Positions 17,195-26,061 of a DNA stretch of 26,144 nt are shown here, one piece after another (positions within the stretch are counted from its first letter, which is position 1; each line of letters begins with the position of its first letter). Below the pieces are notes generated by a model, which saw nothing but the letters and a program-made list of their open reading frames with translations, had not been told where the DNA came from and did not search any database. The DNA lies in contig DAOWGI010000038.1 in NCBI GenBank assembly GCA_030637655.1, positions 1 to 26,144 on the forward strand, in the 5' to 3' direction. The position numbers were made by a program, and so were the translations under genes. The stretch is from a candidate division FCPU426 bacterium. GTDB taxonomy: Bacteria; Oederibacteriota; JAAXVQ01; JAUVAV01.

Positions 17195-17223
17195 ATAATA
17201 GCCAATGGAAACTTAATTATCAA
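17195..17223 (-). promoter_or_regulatory. sigma70-type promoter for the leftward radical SAM/GT-C operon
   Basis: Minus strand TTGATA (17223-17218), 17-nt spacer, TATTAT (17200-17195). Confidence 0.6.
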
Positions 17224-17242
17224 GGGAATTTAAGGCGTCAGG

Positions 17243-17380
17243 GTAACGGGTCAGTAAACTGCGCAGTTAAACAAAGATTGTCATTCCCGAGGGTTTAATC
17301 GGGAATCTGGTTTTTTAAACCGTATCCCCGATAAGAGCATTCGGGGATGACAAACAAAAAAAGCATGACTGACATATTAC
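17243..17380 (+). mobile_element. MITE-like element copy B (compact, 138 bp) carrying a GTCAT-type REP doublet
   Basis: Ends GTAACGGGTCAGT / ACTGACATATTAC (10/13 inverted match). Flanking direct repeat CGTCAGG at 17236-17242 and 17382-17388. Internal GTCATTCCCGA..TCGGGAAT and ATCCCCGA..TCGGGGATGAC (17280-17351). Confidence 0.85.
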
Positions 17381-17418
17381 ACGTCAGGAATTCGTTCCAT
17401 TCGAAAATCTCATCCATA

Positions 17419-17447
17419 TTGCGTGATGCCTGAATATCTGCTATAGT
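17419..17447 (+). promoter_or_regulatory. sigma70-type promoter for the flippase operon
   Basis: TTGCGT-17 nt-TATAGT with extended -10 TG at 17439-17440. Confidence 0.65.
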
Positions 17448-17519
17448 CGTTGAAAAATAACAGGAAATAATCAGAACTGAAATATATTCGCTTCAGGTTT
17501 TGGGTATGAAGGAGCAGGT

Positions 17520-18998
17520 ATGTCTGATGAAAAAGAAAAGGTAAAATTGAACTCAGCAGCCAGGATTGCCAAGAATTCCTTGGTCCAGATGGTGGCCGGG
17601 CTTTTAAATAAAATACTGGGTGTGGCACTGATCATTTATGCAGCCCGGCAATTAGGAACCGACGGATTTGGGCAGTATACCTTTGTATTGTCCATGCATG
17701 CTATTTTCTACATTCTTACGGATTTTGGTCTCGGTATTCTAACCACGCGTGATCTGGCACAAAATCCTAAACAGGAATCACGCTATTTAACAAATATTGT
17801 AATCCTACGTTGTCTGCTCTCGGTTCTAGCCGGTGTTGGCATGATTGGAACCGTGATATTGCTTGGACATCCGGCTCCAATTGTACAGTTGACCTCTATT
17901 TTGGCTTTCGCCTTCTTTTTTAACAGCAATATTGACACGGTCACAGCTATTTTCAATGCACATCAGCGCATGGAAATACCCTCGACCGTATCGGTGATTG
18001 CCAATACTTTTCGGGTAACAGCCTCTTTGGGTGCCCTGGCAGCGCATGGCGGTGTGGCGGCGTTGATTTGGATTCATGCTATTTATGCTGCGGTGCACAT
18101 GAGTATCTTATTCTGGCTCTTGTTTTATTTTATTCGTCCGGTGTTTGTGCTGGATCTTAAGTTTTGGAAAAAGATGATCAAACAGGCCTATCCCCTGGCT
18201 TTGGCAAGCCTTTTTTCCATAATTTATTTTCGGATCGATACAGTTATGTTGGCGTCCATGCAAGGTCAGGATGCTGTGGGTATCTACGGCGCTGCCTATC
18301 GTCTCCTGGAATTCACCCTGATCATTCCGGCCTATTATTGCACTGCCATTTTCCCGGTAATCTCTACCAGCTATGAAAAAAATCCCAAGCGCTTCTTACT
18401 GATTTATCGGCGTTCCTTAAAATACATGTGGATTATTTCGCTGCCCGTGGCTATGGGGGCCGTGGTCTTGGCACCGCGCTTTATTTCCGTGCTTTTTGGT
18501 GATCCTTACGCAGCCAGTGTGCCGGTGCTGTCGGTTTTGATGTGGACCTTTGTACTGATTGCTGTGAATAGTATTAATTCACCCTATCTTATTGTGATGG
18601 GGAAGCAGAAGGTCGTTACAGTATTGATTATGATCGGAATGATTGTCAATGTGGTCTTTAATTTTATTTTTATACCCCAATACGGTGAATTGGGCGCGGC
18701 CTGGGTGACCCTGGGTTCTGAGATTCTGAATGTTCTTCTGTTTACCATCGTATTGTTCAAACCCTTGAAAATGGAATTTAGCATGGTCCGGCATTTTATT
18801 CGTCCGGCCATCGCGGTAGCGGTTATGGCAGGTGGTTTATATTATATAACGCATTGGGATCTGGGTTATCTGATTGTTTTGGGTGGTCTGGTGTATGCGG
18901 GCCTGCTCTGGCTGCTGCGCACTTTTGATGAGGTGGATCGGGAATTGTTTAACCGTATTTTACGGCCCACCAAAGAGAGTGACGTGAAAATAACCTGA
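17520..18998 (+). CDS. wzx: Wzx-type oligosaccharide flippase (MOP superfamily)
   Basis: RIAKNSL, ARQLGTDGFGQY, DFGL, IYFRIDTVML, AVGIYGAAYRL, NFIFIPQYGELGAAW; about 14 hydrophobic segments. Confidence 0.92.
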   Translation: MSDEKEKVKLNSAARIAKNSLVQMVAGLLNKILGVALIIYAARQLGTDGFGQYTFVLSMHAIFYILTDFGLGILTTRDLAQNPKQESRYLTNIVILRCLLSVLAGVGMIGTVILLGHPAPIVQLTSILAFAFFFNSNIDTVTAIFNAHQRMEIPSTVSVIANTFRVTASLGALAAHGGVAALIWIHAIYAAVHMSILFWLLFYFIRPVFVLDLKFWKKMIKQAYPLALASLFSIIYFRIDTVMLASMQGQDAVGIYGAAYRLLEFTLIIPAYYCTAIFPVISTSYEKNPKRFLLIYRRSLKYMWIISLPVAMGAVVLAPRFISVLFGDPYAASVPVLSVLMWTFVLIAVNSINSPYLIVMGKQKVVTVLIMIGMIVNVVFNFIFIPQYGELGAAWVTLGSEILNVLLFTIVLFKPLKMEFSMVRHFIRPAIAVAVMAGGLYYITHWDLGYLIVLGGLVYAGLLWLLRTFDEVDRELFNRILRPTKESDVKIT

Positions 18999-19027
18999 AA
19001 AAATAAACGAGAACGGAAATTCAACCT

Positions 19028-19762
19028 ATGTTTACAACTATGTTGGGATACGTTTTGTTGGGTGTGCAGAAGTTATATAATCTTTTTATCTCGCGAGCCA
19101 AACCGTCGGCGCATCAGTTTTCGAATATGAAAGAGTTCCAAGAAATCCAGGAACGCGCTTATCGCTATACGGATTTTAGTGATCACCTGGTTACACTTTT
19201 CGAAGAAACACTAAGCGCTCAACCCAAATTGATTGTCGAATTGGGTACACGTGGTGGTGACAGCACGTATGTTTTGGAACGGGCGGCACGCTTGTGCCAG
19301 GCGGATTTTGTTAGTGTTGACATTGAGGATTGCTCGAAGGTAGCCACCTATGATAGATGGTATTTTGTGAAAAGTGATGACATCGAATTTGCCAAACGCT
19401 TTAGTGCCTGGTGCCGGGAAAAAGGGTTGCCGGAGCATATTGATGTTTTATTTATCGATAGTTCACATTTTTATGAACATACTTGTCAGGAAATCGAGGC
19501 CTGGTTTCCGCATTTATCTGAAAAAGCCAAGGCGGTTTTTCATGACACCAACTTGAAGCGGATTTATTTCCGTAAAGACGGAAGTATGGGTATTGCTTGG
19601 AATAACCGGCGAGGCGTGATTCGAGCAATTGAGGAATATTTTTCAACTGTCTTTCAGGAGAAAAAAGATTTTAGGGATACGCGGCCAGGGTGGAGGATAA
19701 AACACTTGGCTTATTGCGCGGGATTCACAGTCCTGGAGAAATTAGGGAAAAACAGGGAGTGA
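19028..19762 (+). CDS. Class I SAM-dependent O-methyltransferase (Methyltransf_24-like)
   Basis: IVELGTRGGDST, SVDI, IDVLFIDSSHFYE, VFHDT, GVIRAIEEY. Confidence 0.85.
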   Translation: MFTTMLGYVLLGVQKLYNLFISRAKPSAHQFSNMKEFQEIQERAYRYTDFSDHLVTLFEETLSAQPKLIVELGTRGGDSTYVLERAARLCQADFVSVDIEDCSKVATYDRWYFVKSDDIEFAKRFSAWCREKGLPEHIDVLFIDSSHFYEHTCQEIEAWFPHLSEKAKAVFHDTNLKRIYFRKDGSMGIAWNNRRGVIRAIEEYFSTVFQEKKDFRDTRPGWRIKHLAYCAGFTVLEKLGKNRE

Positions 19763-19766
19763 ACCA

Positions 19767-20831
19767 GTGATGAACGGATTTGGATATCATCCGGAGGAGT
19801 ACGCTTGTGTCATGCCACAACCGAGAGTAACAGCAGTAATTATTACTTACAACGATTGGGATATGCTGCGCCAATGTCTGGAAACCGTACTAGTCCAGGA
19901 TTGGCCTAATCTGGATATCCTGGTGGTGGACAATTGTTCGTCGGATGGTACTGCTAAAAAATTACCGCCGGCATTTCCGCAGGTTCGTCTACTGGTTTTG
20001 CAGGAGAATTTGCATTATGCCGGCGCCTGCAATGCCGGGGTGGAGCATTCCCAAAGTGACTATATCGCTCTTTTGAACAATGATATTTATTTGCCCAAAG
20101 ATTTTATCCGTCGTTTGGTTGAGGCTTTGGAAGCGCGTACGGATGCGGCGGTGGCAGGTCCGGCAGTGGACAATATGAATATGGACATGAGTCAGTATCC
20201 GTATAATGGCGCCATGAGCTTAACCGGCGCTGTTATTCACAATGTGTTTAAGGATCGCACACTGGCTTTTGGCGCAGCCGGTTGTTCGCTGGTCTTTAAA
20301 CACGAATTGGTGGGTTTGCCGTTTGATTCGGATTATCGTTTTACGCATGAGGAAATTTATTTGGCTTGGCGGGCACGCTTGCGCGGGTATGAGGTGTTCT
20401 GTGTGCCTGAGGTGGTGGTGAAACATATCGGCGGCGCTACGGTCAGCAATTTTTCCGAGCAAAACCGGTTTTTGCTGGAAAGAAATCGGAGGCTGAATTT
20501 TTTGACGCTTTTTTCCACGGCTACGCGAATGCGCATCTGGCCTTTGATGCTCTTGTCCAGATTAATGGAAAGGTTCAGTGATTTACGCGCTGGTCGGTCT
20601 TTGGTTCCGATTCGTAAAGCTGCCAGGTGGATACGAGAACACAAGGAAATGTTGAAGACCAAACGGACAGCCTTGCAAGCACAACGACGTGTTCCGGACA
20701 AAAAGGTTATTCAATGGATGAGTTATAAGATTACTAACAATACTACGCTTTCCGGGCGTCTGATCAATGCGGCGGCATATTTCTGGTGTATGCTGGTTGG
20801 CTTGAGCACGTGGGAGTTACGAAAAAAGTAA
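19767..20831 (+). CDS. GT2 glycosyltransferase (rhamnosyltransferase-like subgroup)
   Basis: VTAVIITYN, VVDNCSSDGT, NLHYAGACNAG, LLNND, EEIYLAWRARLRGY, HIGGAT. Start may be ATG 19812. Confidence 0.9.
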   Translation: MMNGFGYHPEEYACVMPQPRVTAVIITYNDWDMLRQCLETVLVQDWPNLDILVVDNCSSDGTAKKLPPAFPQVRLLVLQENLHYAGACNAGVEHSQSDYIALLNNDIYLPKDFIRRLVEALEARTDAAVAGPAVDNMNMDMSQYPYNGAMSLTGAVIHNVFKDRTLAFGAAGCSLVFKHELVGLPFDSDYRFTHEEIYLAWRARLRGYEVFCVPEVVVKHIGGATVSNFSEQNRFLLERNRRLNFLTLFSTATRMRIWPLMLLSRLMERFSDLRAGRSLVPIRKAARWIREHKEMLKTKRTALQAQRRVPDKKVIQWMSYKITNNTTLSGRLINAAAYFWCMLVGLSTWELRKK

Positions 20832-20909
20832 AAAGCAGAGAACGCATATATATGTTTTTGTTCATACCATTTTGACTGAGCTATTCAAAGGTTAGGGAGA
20901 CTACGTAAT

Positions 20910-22007
20910 ATGAAAATTGCCATGTTGACAACCTGGGATGAGCCGTGTGGTATTGCGGATTACGCGCAAGCCCTGGTGGGAGCTTTGCAAACCAAGATGG
21001 AAATCAAGGTGGTGCCTATGAAACACGGGCAACACAGTGCTGCCTATTTTCGCGAACTCGGCCTGCAATGCAATGATTGTGATCTGACCCATATCCAGCA
21101 TGAATACATTTTTTTTGGCGGACGTGATCCCTGGAACAATTATTGGAAAGATCTGCTCTCCACCCTAAAGACTCCGTATATTATTACCTCACATACCTGG
21201 CTGCAAAACTTTCGAGGCGGATCTTTTTGGAAACGAATACTGCGTGGGTGGCGTGATGCCCTGTACCGAATTTTCGGCTGGAGCCGCTATTTGGAAGTCG
21301 GACAATTTGCCAAAGCTGAAAAAGTACTGGTGCATACCCAGGCCTATGCCAAGGTTTTGCAGCAACGCGGTCTGCCTGAGGAAAAAATTATGGTCATTCC
21401 CCAGGGGATTCCCGAATCCCTGCCAAAAGGAGATGCCAACCGCGCCCGCCGGCGTTGGTCAATGTCCGGCCCGGTGGTGACCATTTTCGGATTCTTAATT
21501 CCATCCAAAGGACATTTACTGGCTTTACAAGCCTGGAAAAAATTATTCAGGCAAGCGACGTTGCTGATTGTCGGCAAACCCTTTTCTAAAGCAGATCAAG
21601 CCTATGCGGCCGCTGTCCAGCGTGCGGCAGATCAATATAAGGGAAATGTGCAGCTGACCGGTTATTTAGCGCCGCCGGAATTGACTGATCTACTGGCTGC
21701 TTCGGATGTGGTGCTAATGCCGTATCTGAAGGGGACGTCATCCTATTCTTTGTCTGTTTTGTTGGCGCAGGGCAGGGCGGTGTTGGCCTCGGATATTGAA
21801 TGCTTTCAGGAGATTGTCGCGCAACAGCCGTGTTTAGAACTGTTCAAAACCGGGGAGGCCCGGGATTTGGCAGATCACTTGGAAGGGCTCTTGGCAAATA
21901 AGGATCGCCGGCAGAAACTGCAGAACGCAGCCCGTGCGTGGGCGCAGGAGCATACCTGGGATACCATTGCTTCGTGTTTAATAAAAGTGTATGCAGAGAT
22001 TATATGA
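20910..22007 (+). CDS. GT4-family (GT-B) glycosyltransferase
   Basis: MKIAMLTTWDEPCGIADY, HIQHEY, FGFLIPSKG, ASDVVLMPY, HTWDTIA. Confidence 0.88.
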   Translation: MKIAMLTTWDEPCGIADYAQALVGALQTKMEIKVVPMKHGQHSAAYFRELGLQCNDCDLTHIQHEYIFFGGRDPWNNYWKDLLSTLKTPYIITSHTWLQNFRGGSFWKRILRGWRDALYRIFGWSRYLEVGQFAKAEKVLVHTQAYAKVLQQRGLPEEKIMVIPQGIPESLPKGDANRARRRWSMSGPVVTIFGFLIPSKGHLLALQAWKKLFRQATLLIVGKPFSKADQAYAAAVQRAADQYKGNVQLTGYLAPPELTDLLAASDVVLMPYLKGTSSYSLSVLLAQGRAVLASDIECFQEIVAQQPCLELFKTGEARDLADHLEGLLANKDRRQKLQNAARAWAQEHTWDTIASCLIKVYAEII

Positions 22008-22139
22008 ATTAAGCGGAATTCCATTCGTGTTTCAGATGATTTCACTACTCAGTCGCAATTGGCGGTTTTCTATGATAATATCCATTGATAGTGGAAATTA
22101 TTGCATCCATATTACTAGTAGTAATGGAAATATATTCTC

Positions 22140-23318
22140 ATGACTCAAAACCATACAAAACCCTGGACCTTATTGGTGATTTCAGGAACCTGGCCGCCGC
22201 TGTCCTGTGGTGTGGGCGATTATTCCTCGAAATTATGCGAACATCTGATCCGACAGGGAATTCGTGTGCAGGTATTAACCTCCAAACACGCGCGTCCGGA
22301 TTTTTATTTGGCAGGGGAATCTCTGCTGGAGGTGCATACGCGCATTGATCGCTGGTCATGGTCAACGTTGCGTATCGTTGAACAGACGGTTCGTGAAACC
22401 AAACCGGATTTTATCCTTTTTCAATGGCCTACAGCTAATTATGGCCGTTCCTTAGCAGTGAATTTTTTGCCAAGAATACTGAAAAAAAAGTTTCCGGAAA
22501 TTCCATTACTTACCACGTTGCACGAATTTCGCTATTTTCGGCCCTGGACTCAAATGCGAGTGATACCCGCCTTGCGGCACTCGGATAGAGTCATACTGGT
22601 GGATCCGCAAGATGGTGAGAACATAGAAAAAAAGCATACTTGGGTCAGCGCGCGTCTGCGGTTTATTCCTATTGGTTCGAATGTGCCGCCAGTGACAGCC
22701 TCGTTTGATCGCGACCAACAAAGAACTGTTTTAGGTATACAACCGAAGGATTTTATAGTGGCGTTTTTCGGATTTGCCAATCCACCGAAAGGGTTGGAAA
22801 CGCTTTTTCCTGCCATTCGGCTGCTGCGGGAAAAGTATCCGTATGTTAAACTGTTATTATTGCCGCAGCTATCGTCTCAAGTGAAATATCATCAACACTT
22901 GTTACAGCAGTTAAAAAAACTGGATTTGATCGATCACACTATTCAGTTGGAATACGCGCAACCACGGCTAGCCGCAAAAATACTGGCTAGCGCTGATTGT
23001 GCTGTTTTACCGTTTGAGGATGGGGCCTCATTAAAACGAGGGAGTATGCTGGCATGTCTGGAACAAGCACTGCCGGTCATTACGACAATTCCGAAGCAAA
23101 AGAAGTATTTTCCTTTTTTAGATAGGAAACATATGCTTTTGGTCCCACCGGGAGATATGACGGCAATAACCCAGGCAGTTGAAATGTTATTGCAAGAACC
23201 AAAGCTAAAGGAAGCTTTATCAGAGCAACGGCGCGAACCGCTGCGCGCTTATGCTTGGGATACTATTGCCAAACAGCATTGTGCGTTGTTGGCCGAGCTA
23301 CAGGAGGGAGGACGTTGA
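22140..23318 (+). CDS. GT4-family (GT-B) glycosyltransferase
   Basis: PPLSCGVGDYS, TTLHEF, IPIGSNV, FFGFANPPKG, ADCAVLPFEDGAS.KRGS, WDTIA. Confidence 0.88.
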   Translation: MTQNHTKPWTLLVISGTWPPLSCGVGDYSSKLCEHLIRQGIRVQVLTSKHARPDFYLAGESLLEVHTRIDRWSWSTLRIVEQTVRETKPDFILFQWPTANYGRSLAVNFLPRILKKKFPEIPLLTTLHEFRYFRPWTQMRVIPALRHSDRVILVDPQDGENIEKKHTWVSARLRFIPIGSNVPPVTASFDRDQQRTVLGIQPKDFIVAFFGFANPPKGLETLFPAIRLLREKYPYVKLLLLPQLSSQVKYHQHLLQQLKKLDLIDHTIQLEYAQPRLAAKILASADCAVLPFEDGASLKRGSMLACLEQALPVITTIPKQKKYFPFLDRKHMLLVPPGDMTAITQAVEMLLQEPKLKEALSEQRREPLRAYAWDTIAKQHCALLAELQEGGR

Positions 23319-24793
23319 GTCTTGAGCATTTCGGAAGTTTAACCTGGGACATTGCGCTCATTGATCCGGATGGATTTTTAGCGGCGCGCAATCGACGGCG
23401 GCCCGGCAAAAGACTTTTTCCGCATCTGGGTCTGGGATATTTGGCTGCTTGTCTGGAAAAAAACGGGGACCGTGTATCTGTGTTGGATACCGCGGTGGCC
23501 ACCAATCGTGAAATCCAGCGTTTTTTATCACAACCCTATAATGTTGTAGGCATCACCACAACTAGTTTTACTTTTCGCGAGGCTCAAGCTGTGGCCCGGG
23601 CATGCAAACGCCGCTATCCCTCCACTCCGGTAATTATCGGTGGTCCTCATGCTTCCATTGATCCGGAAGGGTGTTTGCAAAGTGCTGAGATTGATTATGC
23701 GTTACGTGGCGAAGGGGAAACGGCGCTTATCGATTTTATTGAGGTTTTAAAACGTACCAGTCCGGCCAAGCTGGATGTATTTGCTCAGGTTCCGGGCTTG
23801 ATTTTTCGGGACCAGGGTCAGGTACGCGTTAATCCTTCGGCTGCTCGAATTCAAGAATTGGATCAACTGCCATACCCGGCGTGGCATTTGTTTCCCATGC
23901 GCCGGTATCGTCAGCATGTATTGCTGAGCAGTCGTGGTTGTCCGATGGATTGTGCTTTTTGCGCGATCCGGTCGATTTGGGGGACACTCTGGCTCAGGCG
24001 TGATCCGGAACAAGTCGTGAATGAAATAGAATGGTTGCGACAACGCTGGGGAAAGAAGCTGTTTCATATCAATGATGATAATTTAACTATGAATCCCGAG
24101 CATATCACCCGGTTTTGTGATGAGATTTTACGACGCCGGTTAACCGTCAATTGGGTGGCTCAGGGCATGCGCGCGGACGCGGCGCAACCCGAAATATTGG
24201 CAAAAATGCGAAAGGCTGGATGCCATCGCGTTTCTTTAGGGATAGAATCCATAGATGAGACGGTGTTGGCAGCCGTAGGTAAAAAAGAAACTCCGGAAGA
24301 TATGGCCCGAGCGATTGCTTTGTGCCGAAAGGCTGGAATTCAGGTATTGGGCATGTTTATGATAGGGAATCCACAGGATTCGGTGTCCACGGTTAAGGCG
24401 TCGCTGAAGTTTGCTAAGGCCGTGAAAATCGATTTGCCCGCATTCTATATGGCTTTGCCTTATCCCCGGACACGCTTGTGGAATTTTGTGAAGACACATG
24501 GGCGCTTATTAAATGAAGATTATCTCTCTTTTGACCATATGAGCGCAGAACCGGTTTTTGCGACCCCGGAATTTTCAGCTGAGCAACGGCGAAAAATATT
24601 TGCTCAAGCTGATAAATTTTGCCGCCGACAGGTCTTTAAATATCATATGATATTCTGGTGGCCTACGAGACTGCTGCGACGGAATGGCTATGAAATCGCC
24701 CAGGAAGTAAAACTGTGGCTAAAAGCGGTGTTTTTTCCCCTCAAAGTATTCCGCTTTCTGTTTCGGCGATGGAGTCCGGGAGGAACGAAATGA
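23315..24793 (+). CDS. B12-binding radical SAM protein (class B methyltransferase-like)
   Basis: PHLGLGYLAA, IGGPHAS, RGEGE, LDQLPYPAW, SRGCPMDCAFC, NDDNLT, LGIES, FMIGNP, PYPRT. Start moved to TTG 23315 (RBS GGAGGGAGG; TTGA overlap with the upstream stop); ORF track start 23255. Confidence 0.92.
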   Translation: MSLEHFGSLTWDIALIDPDGFLAARNRRRPGKRLFPHLGLGYLAACLEKNGDRVSVLDTAVATNREIQRFLSQPYNVVGITTTSFTFREAQAVARACKRRYPSTPVIIGGPHASIDPEGCLQSAEIDYALRGEGETALIDFIEVLKRTSPAKLDVFAQVPGLIFRDQGQVRVNPSAARIQELDQLPYPAWHLFPMRRYRQHVLLSSRGCPMDCAFCAIRSIWGTLWLRRDPEQVVNEIEWLRQRWGKKLFHINDDNLTMNPEHITRFCDEILRRRLTVNWVAQGMRADAAQPEILAKMRKAGCHRVSLGIESIDETVLAAVGKKETPEDMARAIALCRKAGIQVLGMFMIGNPQDSVSTVKASLKFAKAVKIDLPAFYMALPYPRTRLWNFVKTHGRLLNEDYLSFDHMSAEPVFATPEFSAEQRRKIFAQADKFCRRQVFKYHMIFWWPTRLLRRNGYEIAQEVKLWLKAVFFPLKVFRFLFRRWSPGGTK

Positions 24794-25932
24794 CAGCAAG
24801 TGTGCTGATAGACGGTCGGCCGGCCCAAGGGCATCCGCGAGGCGTGGGTATTTATGTACAACGCCTGCTGCCTGCCTTGCTGGCGAATAAAGCTAGAACC
24901 CTTGGGTTGAAAATTGCCCTGGACCGCCGCCGAGGAGAGGATCCCTGGCCTAAACTGGAAGGCATTGAAAAAGTGTGGGGCAATGGTATGAATCCCGCGC
25001 ACTGGGAACAGCGTATTTTACCCCGGTTGGCTGAAACCTCTAAAGCGAGTTTGCTCCACGCGACAGCCAATAGCGCTCCTTGGCGTTTAACCATTCCGTA
25101 TGTGGTCAGCATTCATGATGCCATTTTTATGCGGCCTTTATCGGAAATTACCGGTTCTATTTATGCGCGCCAGTTTTTATCGCATCTCTATTATCGCTAT
25201 GGAGTGGGGTATGCGGCCAAACGGGCGCTTAAAATAATTACGGATTCCGAGTATTCGAAATATGAGATTGTAAAAAAACTCCGTATGGATCCTGAAAAGA
25301 TACATATCGTTCGTTTGGCCAATCCTCACGCTACATCGCCTTTGCCTGAAGACAAAGTCAAGGAAACCATTCAAGCCTATGCTTTGAAACGTCCCTATCT
25401 TTTGGGATTTGGCGCCATTGATTTGCGGAAAAATACGGCCAACTTGGTTCGAGCTTTTGCCCGCTTGCCGCGCTCAGCTGCATATTCTTTAGTTTTGGCG
25501 GGATTTGAGAGAGCTGAGAGATCTGTGGTGCCAACACTTATCAAACATTTAGGTATTAAAGATCGGATTAAAATTCTCGATTATATTCCTGACCGGGATT
25601 TAACAGCTCTGTTTCAAGGCGCAGCGGCTTTTGTTTATCCGACCAGGGTTGAGGGGTTCGGACTACCGATTTTACAAGCGTTTTATTTGGGGGTTCCGGT
25701 AGTGACCTCGCGTGTTGGTTCTGTTCCGGAAGTTGCCGGTAAGGCAGTCCGGTTTGCGGATCCCGATGATCCGAGGAGCATTAGTCAGGAAATATTAGCC
25801 ATCCTAATTGATTCCAACGAAGCTCATCGTTTGACATTGAACGGATATCTTCAGGTCAAGCAATTTTCTTGGGAAACTACCGCGGCAGAAACGCTGGAAA
25901 TCTATATGACTGCCTTGCGGAAAAAAAGATAA
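24790..25932 (+). CDS. GT4-family glycosyltransferase (mannosyl/rhamnosyltransferase-like subgroup)
   Basis: RGVGIY, HWEQ, VSIHDAI, RKN..LVRAF, FVYPTRVEGFGLPILQA, FSWETTAAETL. Start moved to ATG 24790 (ATGA overlap, GGAGG upstream); ORF track start 24715. Confidence 0.92.
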   Translation: MTASVLIDGRPAQGHPRGVGIYVQRLLPALLANKARTLGLKIALDRRRGEDPWPKLEGIEKVWGNGMNPAHWEQRILPRLAETSKASLLHATANSAPWRLTIPYVVSIHDAIFMRPLSEITGSIYARQFLSHLYYRYGVGYAAKRALKIITDSEYSKYEIVKKLRMDPEKIHIVRLANPHATSPLPEDKVKETIQAYALKRPYLLGFGAIDLRKNTANLVRAFARLPRSAAYSLVLAGFERAERSVVPTLIKHLGIKDRIKILDYIPDRDLTALFQGAAAFVYPTRVEGFGLPILQAFYLGVPVVTSRVGSVPEVAGKAVRFADPDDPRSISQEILAILIDSNEAHRLTLNGYLQVKQFSWETTAAETLEIYMTALRKKR

Positions 25933-26061
25933 CCGGCTCCTAGTATAGAATAGGATATTATCACTTTGCCTCAATAATTTTAAAAAAAAACATTGAAAAA
26001 ATCAACGAAATATATTACTAATATTAAATACTTTTAAGGGAGCGTCGCCAATATTCGATTT

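Noticed and set aside
1607-25374. Many short or antisense ORFs in the six-frame track overlapping the main genes
   Set aside because: Shadow frames of well-supported genes, with no motifs or RBS support.
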